Assembly: GCA_900088475.1 (NCBI GenBank)
Contig: FLMG01002723.1
Location: forward strand, 1-64,000
Source of the DNA: Hyphochytrium catenoides
Lineage: Eukaryota; Protista; Hyphochytriomycota
Length of the DNA: 64,000 nt
Direction: 5' to 3'
Shown here: in pieces, positions 24,727 through 37,666 of the stretch
Layout of the letters: every line of letters starts with the position of its first letter
Numbering within the stretch: the first letter of the stretch is position 1
Notes under the pieces: generated by a model
Databases searched by the model: none
Seen by the model: only the letters and a program-made list of their open reading frames with translations
Told to the model about the DNA's origin: nothing
Position numbers and translations under genes: made by a program

Positions 24727-26211
24727 CAGACTATAAAACCAGGTCCATGATTACATACTGTCATAGGAGCCTTTCTATAGAGAAGACATGCGTATAGTAG
24801 ACCCAAACGCCAACTCTTTGTGACGTGTTAGCCGCCGACGATGACAACGTACTCAGTCAAGAAAGTTTATTGTTTTCTGTGTATTGTTCGGTCATTTTTC
24901 AATCTTCTGTATGATAAATCTGAAATGGAGACGACTTCCCGCAGCTAGAGAAGCTTGTTCTAAAGTGCTCTTTCAGCCGATCGCAACTATGGAGCGCGGT
25001 TATGAAGTCGATTCTACTCGGGCAACCACAACACCATAACACAAAGAAGAAGAAGCCCTAATTAACTCTTCTGATCTTCCAGCAGCTGCAGCTGTCCAGC
25101 CATTTGCCACAAGAAGGCGACTCTACATTGTGTGTTGTTGAAGTTCTTGGCAAAACTGCCTGGTAGACTGGTGTTCTGGCCACTCAAAGTACCCCGTTCT
25201 CTTCATCAGTATTTCTCTGCTGCACATCTTGCTGATGCGTTTCTCTGAATGAAGGCTTTGTGACCGTTCTCTTCAGGTCATGTTCAGAACATGGAATGGC
25301 TCTTCAAGGCGTTTTTCCTGCGCGTTTTATGAAGCTTTCAACAGCAGAAGTACAAGCCTTTATTAGAGGTTCTTGGTACTGTCATTTTACAGAGAATGTG
25401 ATCGGTCCTATAGTTCCTCTTGTACCGAGGCATGGCTTCTGTGCAAAAAGGCGGTGTATTTTGGACACCGAATGATGCTGGGTCTGAAGTGCTCATACAT
25501 ACCTCGTACTGGAACTACGAGTACATACATTTTACTAAATAAGGGTACAACCGTTTATAAGAATTCCGTGAGAATGAGACCGAGCGAGTTCTAAAGCCTT
25601 TAGTGCTCTCATTTTTATAGCCGAGGAATTTTTTTCAGAAGCTGTTACAAGAGCAATGGCCATGACAGCTGCCAAGACTTATAGTGTTCTCTTTTCTGCT
25701 TTTACTGTTACTGGTGGAACTAGTCTATAGGTAGATTTCTCTGTGGTAATAAGTGTAGGGCAGCTTGGTCTATCCAGATTATTTACTATTCTCCACCTGT
25801 ACTGTGTACTCTGGTGTCATTTATCTGTAGAGCGGCCTTATTAGGAATATCGTTGTCCTCCCTGCAGTCCAAGTTGCATTTGTCAGAAGGATGGTCTCAG
25901 TTAACTGTCTCTAATTGAAACCTTCCTTTGAAACTATCCCAGAGCAAAACACGACATCATCCTCAAATAGCACTCATTGTATTTATACAGAAAGTAGGGC
26001 TCATTGAGTGTATTCTGAATACAGGGTTCATGGTGAAATCTATTGGAAGACTTCAGTTACTTTTGATGTATTTATTTCTTGCGTGTGATGGGCAAAGGTG
26101 GGTCTCACCCTCTCTCTCCACCTGCATCTCTCCCCCGCTCGCTTCACGTCCTCTCTACCCGCTCTGTCTTCCACTTCCAACCACCACTTCCCGTCTTTCT
26201 GCAGTCTGGTT

Positions 26212-26300
26212 TTCTCTCTCTCTCCTCTGTCTCTCTCTTCCTTTCGTTCCTTTGTCTGTCTCTCTCTCTCTCTCTCTCTCACCTCTCTCCCTCTCTCTCC
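26212..26300. repeat. (CT)n-rich microsatellite
   Basis: Directly visible. Confidence 0.9.
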
Positions 26301-26667
26301 CCCAGTCTCTCAGTTTCTCTAGCTTCCTTTCATCCATGAGAGTGAGTCATCAAGTATGTTCAACCCCGCTCCCTAGTCGTTTGGTGCCGAACGTCAACTC
26401 CGTTTCCTGCAGGAAAGTTAGAAGGACTTTGTTGAGAGCGAAAGCATAAGGAAGAGATTCCTCCTCCTGAGGCAATCTCGACACAGTCGCACTGCTCGCG
26501 CACCAACGCACAAAGGGCACCAGGAAGATGGCGGCTGGCCCAAGCTAGAAGAAGAAGAGCGCCATCCATCGCGGCCTCCTCTTTCTTCCCTTCTTGATCT
26601 TGGCTGCCTGTCTCTTTCTCGTCGGATTGAGCTCCTGCTGTTAAAGTCGGCCACTTCCGGTCTTCAG

Positions 26668-29600
26668 GGCTGGAGCGCCTGGTTCGGGACCCAATGAGCG
26701 CAGGAAGATGTAAGTCTGCTTTCTTTCTCTCCCCATGGGCTGTTAGTTAGTGATTGCGAAGGGTTTCCCGTGTATGTTATATCCGCGCAAAGCTGTCCCT
26801 GGCTCCCCACGTGCTCTCCAGTCTTCGTCCTCATTCCATATATTCTAATCGATGTGAGTTTCCTTAGTGATCATGGACACTTACAGTGACGGTGTCGCGC
26901 GAATACAATGCTTAGGCGACGAACATCTTGTCGTGTCCAAGCTGGAGATGGAGGCCATTCTTCTCTATCTTCCACGGTCAGAGAGCTCGTTGATTGCTCG
27001 TCCAGTAGCAGCTCGCTTTCGCTGATTCGCATCTCCTCTCTGTTTGCCCATTCTCTCAATGATGGTTTCAATTCCGTTACTCTTGCTATTGGCCCGATCT
27101 GCTTTTCTGACGGACACGGCATGTTTTCTTTCAGCTTTCATGAGGTAGAAGCCAAGCATCTCCTTTCGCAGCTTCCCAAGCTCGTGAAGTTCCATGAGGA
27201 GCAACTCAATGCAAAGAGCCCTCTGCTTCAGGTGCTTTCTCTTTTGTCATGGTGCACCTGCATTCCTGCTTCCTTCCGCATCCTCTCTTTCCGTTGTCCC
27301 CTTTTGACAATGTTAGTTCTCGAATGTTGTCCTAAGGCTTTCCCACCTGTGGATGTTGTCCTTTATTGCCGCCCTTCCCCAATGTTGCTCATATTTGCCC
27401 TCCTGGTTGACGGGGCCTCTCTTCCAGAGCTTTGGCTGGGAGAATGATTCAAATCAGGATGACCTCAGTTCCTTTGAGGACAACTGCACCACTGTGAGCA
27501 GCGTTTGTAGCGAGGGATACTGTGAGAACGCGCTTATGAGGGCTAAGCTTCGCCGTCAGGTAAGGAGGAAAAGTGTAGAAAGAGAAAGAGTGAAGTGAGA
27601 AAAGAGTGAAGAGAGATGTCAGTGGAGCAAATTACCGAACAACAATGCTTCCGGACGAGGGAGTAGCCGGAGAACCTACGACGGATAAGGCCAACTAGAG
27701 ACGGGCTATGCGGGATGCGTTCAGTTGGTGTATGGAGTACACGGGCCAGCAAAATTGAGAGAGCCGTTTATAGCATAATTGAATCGCAGTGGGAAGAGGA
27801 GATAAGAATGTCGTGTCTCGCTTGGACTGCCCCTACAGGTTCGAGAGCTGAAGAAGCAGAACGCCATATTGCAGAGTCATTTGAATGAGGCCATTAGGTC
27901 CTCTCTGTCTCTTCCTCCTACGAGGCCAGGATCAGCAGACGGGAGTACAAGCAACAGAAGCTCTCCAGTTAAGAGTGCAAGCTTTAGGAGCAACCGCCAT
28001 TCAAATGGCCGACCCCTGTCCGCCTCGTCATCTACGCCGTCGATATCTAAGCAGCTACAGCAAAAGTTAGAGCTAGCTGAGGCTAAAGAGGCAGAACTAC
28101 AAGAAGAGATTACCTCAACAAAGTCAGAGATCGCTGCTGCCCGGAGCAAGATCTCTGAAATGGAAAGTCGGGTTGAGGAGCTTGAAGCTCAGCTCGTGAC
28201 GACAGAACAAGAGCTGGTTGAGCTTCAAGGACTCTATGATGCACAAGTGATAGCGAGGAAAGAAGAGACTGAGAAGGCCAGGGAGGCTGGTCAAGAAAAA
28301 GATAAGAAGATAATGTAAGTTGCACAGGGTGACGGATTAGAGCTCTCGATATGGTGTACCCTTGACGAGTTGAAGGGCTTGAAGATGGTGGACAGGTCCT
28401 TACTGAATGAGATCATGACAGGCTATGAGATGCTAGAAAATTGGACCAAAGCTCTACCTAACAGCTGCTAATGATGGCGATGTGGTGACATAGGGAACTG
28501 CAAGCAGAGCACCTAAAGAAAGAGGAGCTGTTGTTGGCTACATATCGTGAGACGCAAAGGAAGATGGTCGCGGCCTTCGAGGATAAGGAGAGGTCTATGG
28601 TGACAGACTTTCAGGCACAGGAGGCGGAGCTAAAGCTCTCAATACAGACCCTCCACCAGGTACCATTTTTATCTGTTCAATGTGCTCTATCCCGCTATCT
28701 CTTTGTCTTCTATCGCTACGTCGAAATACCGGCACTAACATAATCATGGCTTCCTCCTTTTTTGCTGTGTGTCTCCCTTTATTTCTTCGCTGCACGCGTT
28801 TACCAGGAAATGGAGAAGATTGTAGAGGAATTTATGGAAGAAAAGGCTCAGCTTGAGGCAACGATTATTGATAAGGAGAAGGAGAATGAGGACCTGAACA
28901 CCGAAATCGAAGAACAGAATGAGTATGAGGACTGGCTGAAGGCAGAGTAAGTACTATACCAGATGATCCTTGAGGCCTGGTGTTAGCAGGGAAGAGTGGG
29001 CCATAAGCTTGCGTCGCATCATTGGGTTTGGCTGGGGAACTAGCCGTATATGGTACGACGACGTTAGCTGATTGATCTGTGGCTAGGATATGGCGTATGA
29101 AGCAGCACGCCATTCAAACTCTCAAAGAGGAACAGCGTTCCGTTCGCCAGGCTTTGGCAAGGACACTGGAAGAGATGAGAGGTGTCCTAGAGGAAACAGC
29201 AAGCAAATATGACAGTATAGTGCGCACCCTAGTGCACAACCGGGTAGGAAGATCTGCTTTTGGACCTCGTGCTGTACTATGTCTATCTCTCTACTATCTT
29301 TTTACACTTGCACGCTCCCGGACATTGCCTCAATGTTCTCTTTGATTGTCCCTGTTGCCTTCTCTAGGATGCACTTCAAGAGAAGTTTGAGGTCGAGGTA
29401 AGAGAGAGACGAAGAATGAACGAAGAGATCCACACCCTTAAGGGCAGGATTCGCGTGTTCTGCCGTGTACGGCCACAAGGTACGTCTCTAATAGCTGAGC
29501 GCTGTCTTTTAGGAGAAGTCTATCTTGGTTTCGTCGTGGTTCTTCTATGTGATCTTCCTTTCCTTTTTGTGATTGCTCTGGTCGTTGCTGTCTCACATTT

Positions 29601-32600
29601 TTCTTCTTGTAGTGGAGGCTGGCAGACCAGCTGTTCATTTTCCGTCAGAAAACTCCGTACTGATGAACTCGGACAAGGAATTCTCCTTCGACAAAGTGTT
29701 TGGGCCACATTCTACACAGGTATGCTACTGTTGTGGCACTTGCCATCGCCTGGCACTCTTTCCTGACGCTCTTCTTGTCTGTCTGGGCCTTTTTTTATGG
29801 CTTATGCTACAGGACGAAGTGTTCCATGAGGTGGAACCACTTGTTGATTCCGTGATGGATGGCTTCAATGCCTGTATCTTTGCATATGGCCAGACAGGTA
29901 ACAATGCCCTTTCTTTTTGTTATTCGTGGGCCCATGTTCATGAACTACTCTCATCGTAACCTCTGTCATGTTCCCCATAGCACTTTGTGTGATTGATATT
30001 TGGACTCCTTACTATCTGTACATGAGCCTCTAGGGCTGGTGGGTTAGCTTGTCTCTGGTACAATACCTTCCCTTAGCCTACAAATAGACTCTAGTTATTG
30101 TTATCGAGATCTTATCCTTTGGGTTCATCAACTCGTATCTTTGTCGCCCTTTAGGAACAGGCAAGACCTATACTATGGCAGGCACTGAGGCCCAACCAGG
30201 TGTTAATCCGAAGGCAGTCAAACGGGTCTTCAGCGTCATCGGGGAGCGTAACTCTATGTACACCTACAAGGTACAGAATATATCCTCTCTCACTTATTCT
30301 ACGCCCCAGAATCTGATGATCCTGAACGCCACGTATATGTTGCTATTGGGCTGTGCTCAAGAAATATGGTGGCCTACGGCAAAACGACTTCAGAAGCTCC
30401 CTAGTCCTTCTTCCGCCTATCTTCCTCGTGATCCTAGAGAAAATCTTCGCAGCGAGGACTGGCTTCCGTGTCTCACCGTTCCCCGTGATGTTTATGTAGA
30501 TAAAGCTCAGCATGGTGGAGATCTACAATGAGAAGGTTCGAGACCTACTCAGCGACGGAGCAACTAAAGGAGGAGGAGACAATCTGGAGCTTCGCATGAG
30601 GCAGAACCAGAGAGGAGGCACAGCACTGGGAGTAGAAGTAGAAGGGTTGACGAGTGTTGAAGTTCTTTCTCCATTGGATGTTGACAAGGTTGTCAATCAA
30701 GGCACTAGCAACAGGTAAGACTAGTATTCTAAAGGGAAGAGGGAGCACGACATAAACATGAATTAAGTTGGACCACGAAAATTTACGGGTTAACGGCCGA
30801 TGGTGGAGCTAAACGCAGCAATGCGAAGACCAACACGCAGCTTAGTGTAAGATAGATTGCGAGCTAACGAGCTGTCAAACTCTTCCTTGTAGATCGGTGG
30901 CCAGCACTCTGATGAACACTGAGAGCTCTCGGTCCCATCTTTTGCTCTTCTTAGATGTGGAAGGGACGCATAAGACCTCGTTCGAACGAATCCACGGCAG
31001 GCTGTGCCTTGCTGACCTGGCTGGCAGTGAAAGGTTATCTCGCTCTGGGGCCTCAGGTAGGGAGTGCCATTATCTTCTTATCTGTCTCTTTTCCTCCGAT
31101 TCCTCATGATCCTAACAACTGACATGCAAGAAGCTGCCATCCCTTGCGTCTAGCCTCCTAATAGCCTCCTCTGCTTCTTCAACGTCCGTTTAACCACAGG
31201 TGATCGCATGTTGGAGGCTCAGCATATCAATAAGTCTCTTTCAGCACTCGGCGACGTTGTCAATGCTCTGCAGTCAAAGGCGAAGCACGTCCCCTTTAGA
31301 AACTCTAAGTTGACCTTCCTACTTCAGGTTAGTTCCAGTCTCGTTGCGCTGTATTGGTTTTCCCTCTATGCACTCCGTAGCCGCTGGATTCTAGTCTCTG
31401 CATGATCCTTGTGGCCTGGGAGGTACTTGCTGAAGCCCTGTATGACTCCCCATCGCAAGCTTTTCGGAGTAGCTCCGCATTCTCATCCTTTGCAATCTCG
31501 GCTAACCATCGCTCTTTTAATTAGGATATGCTAAATGGCGGTGGCAAAGCACTAATGGTGTTACAAGTTAGCCCTGACCTTTCTGACGCATCAGAGACCC
31601 TGTGCTCCCTGAACTTTGCGGCCAGAGTCTCTCAGGTGACCTTGGGGTCAGTGAAGAGATCTGTGGAATCAGGTACGGATCGTGTTTTAAGAACCAAATG
31701 GCTCACTATTCCCTCTTCCTCTATGTTGGCCCTCTGCCAGTACTTTTATGAGTGTTGCTTGCGGTTGAGTTTGATGCTTGTCATTATCTGTTGGTTCCTT
31801 GGTGCAGGCTGAACGTATGTCTCGCCCTCCTATCCCTGGTCCGCTTACGATACATATTTGCTCATGTGACTTTCCTTCCGTTATCCTTGTGCACTGTAGG
31901 AGAACTTATCCGGCTACAAAGACAAAATGAGCAATTGAGCGCCAGAGAATCAGCGCTGAACGTAAGAGACCAACTTCTCCATTCTTCTGTCCTGTCCTTT
32001 TTAGCTTCTTCTGACCTTCGCCTGTTAATTGGCGCTTGCCTTTAGGAGCTGGTCCAAGAGCTTAAGGCGAAGCTGAGCTCAAAGGTATCACAAGAGGAGG
32101 AGAAAGATGCACAGGTCCGAGCACTTCTCTCGCGCATTAGGGCACTGGAGGAGAGAGAGACGAGCGAGTTGAGCGAGACAGGGAGCGAGCTCACCAGTGC
32201 TTCGACCGCCACCTTTGACCCTGATTACTCCGTGGACGAGGTAACTTCATTTTAGGGTCACCTCCTATCCATGTCCAGACGTCCAAGTCTCCATTTATCT
32301 GGCTTTTGCTCCCATCTTGCCTCGCGAATTGTATGGCCCAACAAAACCCGAACGTAAACTACTGGAACATAAGCTCTCCTGCTGTTAACGCCTCAATCAT
32401 GTTAGCGTTTTTTTCAATCCAACTTACCCAGCCTCTCCGACCATATCTCTTCCCTACCGTTTCGTTAATCTCCAGTCGGACTTGGTCCCTGTGCCTGTCC
32501 AAGCTGCTCCGAAGCTATCGCCTTCGTCTTTGAGGCAGCTGCAGACTTCCTACACGGACATCAGGCCCTTGCCTGGGTCATCTTTACAAGCATCTCTTAC

Positions 32601-33147
32601 AGGGCCAGTTGCTAGTAAGACCCCATCGGACAAGTCTAGATCAAGTGCAACCTCCAGCGGACAGAGGATTATTGCGAAGAGCACGTCCTCGAGACTTTCT
32701 GCATCCTCCTCGTCTTCCTCTACGGTGCAACGTCGCATAGAGACGATGAAGGCTAGACTGGCGGCAAACGAGCCCACACCTCCTCCCGTTCGCTCTAGTC
32801 TTCACAGCAGCTTGCAGAGCGGCCTCCAAAGAAGTGCTAATACATCTTCAGGAAAGAGCCCAGCACTACAAAGCACCAAATCAAAGTCTATTCCTAGCAG
32901 TTCCTCTTCTGCCCGGCGACCGCAGACCAAGCAAGAGGGAAGACACAGCCTTCCAACCAGTTCTTCCGCCTCTTCTCAATCCTCTACTACTGTCACCAGA
33001 ACAAAACGTCGGTCAGTAATTGACGCCACCACAGCTGCTTCATCTGCCAGAAAGGTTAATATTCCTGCCCGGAGCCCTCCGCTCGGTCAATCTTCCCTTA
33101 GAGCCTCTCTGGCCCGCAACACAACCACGACAGCAAAGTCTGCATAG
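26668..33147 (+). CDS. Kinesin-14 family motor (KIFC3-like) with long N-terminal coiled coil and Ser/Arg-rich C-terminal tail; 5' start uncertain
   Basis: Kinesin-14 neck [24 protein letters not shown], then [23 protein letters not shown]|TGKTYTM (P-loop), [23 protein letters not shown] (switch I), LADLAGSER (switch II), [21 protein letters not shown] and [12 protein letters not shown]. Coiled-coil exons lie at 27839-29400. Last exon ends at the stop at 33147. Confidence 0.92.
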
Positions 33148-33631
33148 TAAGGAGGGAAGGAGACAAGTGATCGCGGAAGAGATAATTTATGTCATTGTAG
33201 CTTATATTGTACAGAATCAGTAAGTCGGGAGACGTGGATTATGCATTGCATTTTGTTCCAGCTATGCCCTGGGTTCACTAGATAGCATTAGCTTCAAGCC
33301 ACAGTCCAGAGGTTTGCAGTACGGCAAAGAGACCCTCATTATTTACCTAAATATTTTTATAAAAGAACTGACAGAGCCAACGTAGCAGACATGGTGTCCA
33401 ACCGCTTTCTTGCTTGACTGCGATCCATGTTGCTTGCCCATTGTACAAGCAAGCCCAACGGAATACGTCAAACTCTTCTGAGACCCCTTCTCCTGGTGTG
33501 ACCTGAGCTAGTACTCCCGAGTATAACCGTATAAAGGAAGGTTAGGTTTAATAAGCTTCTCAAGAGAAAGCGAAGGATGGTCTAGGGTTGATGCGTCTAA
33601 ACGCGGTGACAGTATAAAGCCTTCATTATTA

Positions 33632-35753
33632 TTAGCAGGCGGTGTTCGGTGCTCTACAGGCAACTTTGCCCTTCTTGACGACCAGCTCAATGGGAGGGTC
33701 TACCATCTCATAGACAAGATGTTCCCACTTCGCCGCGTTAATCAGTATCATGTCGCCGTACTTCCCTCGCTCTAACGAACCGTACATTTCGCTGCGATTG
33801 ATACTCCCAGCCGCATTAATGGTTGCCGCTACTAGGGCCTCAGGCATCGTCAGGCCCATGAGGACGCAAGCCATGTGCATAGTGAGGGGCATAGAGAGGC
33901 AGTGGGCATTCGGATTGAAGTCACTGCCTACATGGCGGAACAGAGATTGTTTTAGAGGTTGATAACCGAGTATTTGAGGGGTCATGGTTTGGCCAGGGAA
34001 TAAGGGCAATGAAATGTTTGCAAAGAGATAAACGGAACTTCTAATAGAGGAGAGGAGTCGAAAGAGCTATGAAAACCCTACAGCAGACGGTGGAGATAGC
34101 AGAATACGAGGAAGGAAAGAAGAGAGCAAAAAGATGGAAAGATGAGGAAGTGACAGAAACAGCTAAGTTGATCTCCTAGACATCAAGGCGAGCGGCTAAG
34201 AAGCGGAGAGATTGGTGGATTTGATCAACAGGAGCTGAGGCACTTGACCTAGAGCTACAGGCACCCCAGCAGAGATCAGCTTTCTGGCTGGTGGACTTTT
34301 GAGCTTCAGAATGTACTTAGTGGTAGGAAGGAGCACAGCGAAAATGGGAGGCTCGTGCCGGGCCATGGCCTCTATGCCTGAAGAGCATATTAGACGAAAA
34401 GGCCCTAGACACAAAGGAAGACGCTAGTGTAGGCCAAAGGCGCAAAAGAAAGTCAGGCAGAACTCGAGCTCCAAGAGTTCTGATGAAGGTAAGAAACAGA
34501 GTCAACCACATGCCTATTCCAATTCGTTCTAACCTATGTCATCTAGCTCCTCGCAGTGTGATACTGCCGTTGCACCAAGTTTGGCCGCTAGAGCTCCAGA
34601 GTGGACATTATGGAGCTCATCTCCATGAAAATTGATTGCTAGGCCAAGATCCTTGCCTTTCTGAAGAATTTCCTCTGAATCTTCGGACTCGAAAACGCCT
34701 TTCTCACAGAAAACGTCCCTGTTGGTGGAGGAAGTTCAGAAAAGAATGCGTTTTTATCATAAGAAAGAAGTAGAAAGGCAAAGAAGGACGCGAGCTTGTC
34801 CGGGTGGGGCACATACTGTGCGTCTCACGAAAAGTGAAGTGTCGGAGATGCAAAGAACCACTGAAGGCAAAGAACGCCACGGGAAAGTAAAAGTGGGCGA
34901 CCTACAGGAACTCCGGAGATACCTCTCCCCTCTCTTTTGCCAATGCAATTTCTTTTAGCTGGTGCTCCACGATGTCTCTAGTAGCTTCTGCGGCTGTCCG
35001 GCCCTCTGGAGGTGTGTGGGCACCAAGATAGTTACCAACCACCTGCGTCGGATGTGAGGTCAGACAGCAGTCAATATCAAGAAGCGACTAGAGGATAAGA
35101 TTCAACAACAGGAAGAAGGACGTCCCAAAGACGAGCTGCCCCATAAAGTAGCACGCTGTTGATTCATTCGCCACGTTGAGCTGGCGTGTTTTAGAAATGC
35201 ACTCCCTTTGTAACACTGATCCTACCTCTACAGCATGCGGTACTTTGTGTAGCACTCTGAGCATCTTCATCTCCGTCTCAAGGTCCAGACCATAGCCTGA
35301 TTTGGCCTCAGCCAAAGTAGTTCCAAGCCTCAGCATCCGATCTAGACGGCCAAGAAGCAGCGAACGTAGACGATCTTCAGATGCGGCTCTAGTTGCTCTG
35401 ACGGTACTATGAATGCCTCCACCCTTCTGATGTACCTGGAAAGGTGAATGCAAACATAGTGAGCTGGAAGGAAGCAGGAGAAAGGGAAGAAGCAAACAAG
35501 GAGAGTAAGGGGACATTGATCGGATACCCAGTGGGCAATGCATAGGAAGGTCGGAGATAGGAATTATGAAAAAGGTACGAGGCTAACAACTGAAAGGTCC
35601 ACTGGTTAATTGCAGCGTAACCGGAGAACCAGCGGACAAGAGAAAGAAAACGAGGTGACCATTGGCAAAGTTTGGCGGGCTATATCTTGTCCACAGGAAA
35701 AGGGATAGAGATTAAGAGGCAAGTAGGAAGAGCTTTAAACTAACTAAAAAAAG

Positions 35754-35815
<62 letters not shown>

Positions 35816-36681
35816 AAGAGAGAGAGAGAAAGAGAGGAGAGAGAAAGAAAGAGAGAGAGAGAGAAAGAGCAGAACAGTTAGCACAACAAGAGCAAGACAA
35901 AAGCGCATTGGAAGTGAGAGGGAAAAAGAGAGAGAGAGAAACACAAAGCACCGAGCTCCTTCAAGGACGTGGCTTTAGCTTAAAACTGTACCTCCAGGTA
36001 AGTCGCTCCAGCCAACTTCATCGCAAACTCATCGACACGGTTGCCATCCCACACTGGATGAGTATGTCCGTCCACCAACCCTGGCAGAAGACACTTCCCT
36101 CTCCCATCAACGTCGACCTCAAAGTCTGCTTCCGTCAACTTCTCTCTTCTCATATAGTCAAGCACTTCGTCATCAGTCCCCACAGCTACCAGTGGATAGA
36201 AGCACAGTGGTGCGGGAAAGTGGACGGCAAAAGGTGAGAGAAGGAAGAGAATGCAAGGCCGACAGGGTGGAAGCCGGCAATAGAACAATAATTACGGAAA
36301 CGAACGGAGGTGGAGGAGAAAAGGCAGATAAACATGAAAGGAGAGCAAGCGAACGAGGAAGTGACGATGGTCAATTAGTATTCTTACCTTTGATCAATCC
36401 GTCAGCTCCGACAATAATCGATGCATTATGCATGATGGCTAACTAGATGGATGAAGAAAATGATGGTGGAGATGTGGGAAGCCAACATCATAAGCTGAAG
36501 CTATGGATCGGTAAAAATAAGCAGAGCAGCAGAGTAGACGTATAGATGTGGTGAGCGAAAGAGTGGAGAGGTATCTTACCTGTCCCTGGGCATCACCAGC
36601 CTTGAAGCGCTCACCTCCGTTGCAAACCTGCACCAGCTGCTCACAGTTCCGAATCCTTAACCTGCATTTCTTATTGACCAT
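33632..36681 (-). CDS. AMDHD1: Imidazolonepropionase (histidine catabolism; HutI/AMDHD1), multi-exon
   Basis: LPGLVDGHTHPVWDGNRVDEFAMKLAGATYLE|VHQKGGGIHSTVRATR..GTTLAEAKSGYGL, YLGAH, DVFCEKGVF, INFHGDEL, AVSHCEE, AVLLPTT, VALG|SDFNPNAHC, EALVAATINAA..GSLERGKYGD. Confidence 0.95.
35754..35868. repeat. Intronic (GA)n microsatellite
   Basis: Directly visible, inside a HutI intron. Confidence 0.95.
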
Positions 36682-37666
36682 ACTTTGCGTATCCGTCTCT
36701 CGGTTCAGGTCCCCGCCTCTTACGTAGTCTTCTCTCTCGCTCGCAAGCCAAGCGGCTTTGTCAGTTGACTTAGAAAAGCAAAAAGCTTTTTGTACTCCCG
36801 CGATGTCCAGTTTCAAAGGCGCAATAAGCTGACTGGATAGGCCACGATTATGGGATCTTCTGTAGGCAAAGACGCCAGCAAGTAGGTGATGATATGCTCT
36901 CAAAGCCCGGGAGGGAGCCAGGGCACGAGGATGCGACCAGAACAGCCAAACCTTCCCACCGAACCCTGAAGGCAGAAAGCCAGCGCCCAGGGGATAGTGA
37001 CGCAGAGGAAGTTCAACTGTAGGTAAGCTAACCAATCAGCAGGCAAGCTCCTGTGACAAGCAAGCAGCGGCCAAGCCGCGGCCACGCCGCAGCCGCCACG
37101 GCATTGGGTTCGTGTTGCCGTTCTGATGAGCTTCAGAAGTGTCTGAAGGTTGAAGTTGTCAAAGGAGGAGCCGTTGTAGAACTGTGCACACCATCAATGA
37201 GACAGTAGAAACACTGTTGTGCGTTGTACGTGTACAGCCGCTATTAACCCTATAGGTAGGCTCAAAAAGGATAGAAAAGTGAGTGTTGGCGCGAAATTTC
37301 TGTTTTTTGTCCTACAAAGATCGCCGTACCCAAGGACAAAAATCTAAGAAAGCAGCAGCACAGATTTTGAAGATCAGCTGCCTTGGCAATCCTTCTCTGT
37401 GTGAGCTCTGATGCCAGAGTCATGGGATGTCTGGACAGGACAGGCCGCAATCAGGCGGAAGCAGTTATGGAGTGGAGATTCTGTTCGGAACGTCCTGAGG
37501 GAGAGCTATTGACTGTCACTGCCTTCTCAACTGAGACACTACCGCGCGCTGAGCCGAGGCTCGTGTACCCTAAAGCAAACGCACACTTCAGCTGCCTTCA
37601 GCCGCCTTCGTCAGCCTCTAGGACCGGAAGTTACCTTGCTGAGAGAAGGAGGAAGATAAGGAGAAG

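Noticed and set aside
32482-33147. Possible SxIP EB1-binding motifs in the kinesin tail
   Set aside because: The closest matches (KSIP, HSLP, VNIP) lack the required Ser/Thr two residues before I/L-P.
37244-37256. TTAA-CCCTATAGG about 420 nt upstream of the transposase-like gene, resembling a piggyBac left end
   Set aside because: No matching inverted end downstream. The only AGGGTTAA is inside exon 3 (about 40963), and 41629 and 41789 are only partial matches. It could be chance or an unprovable remnant.
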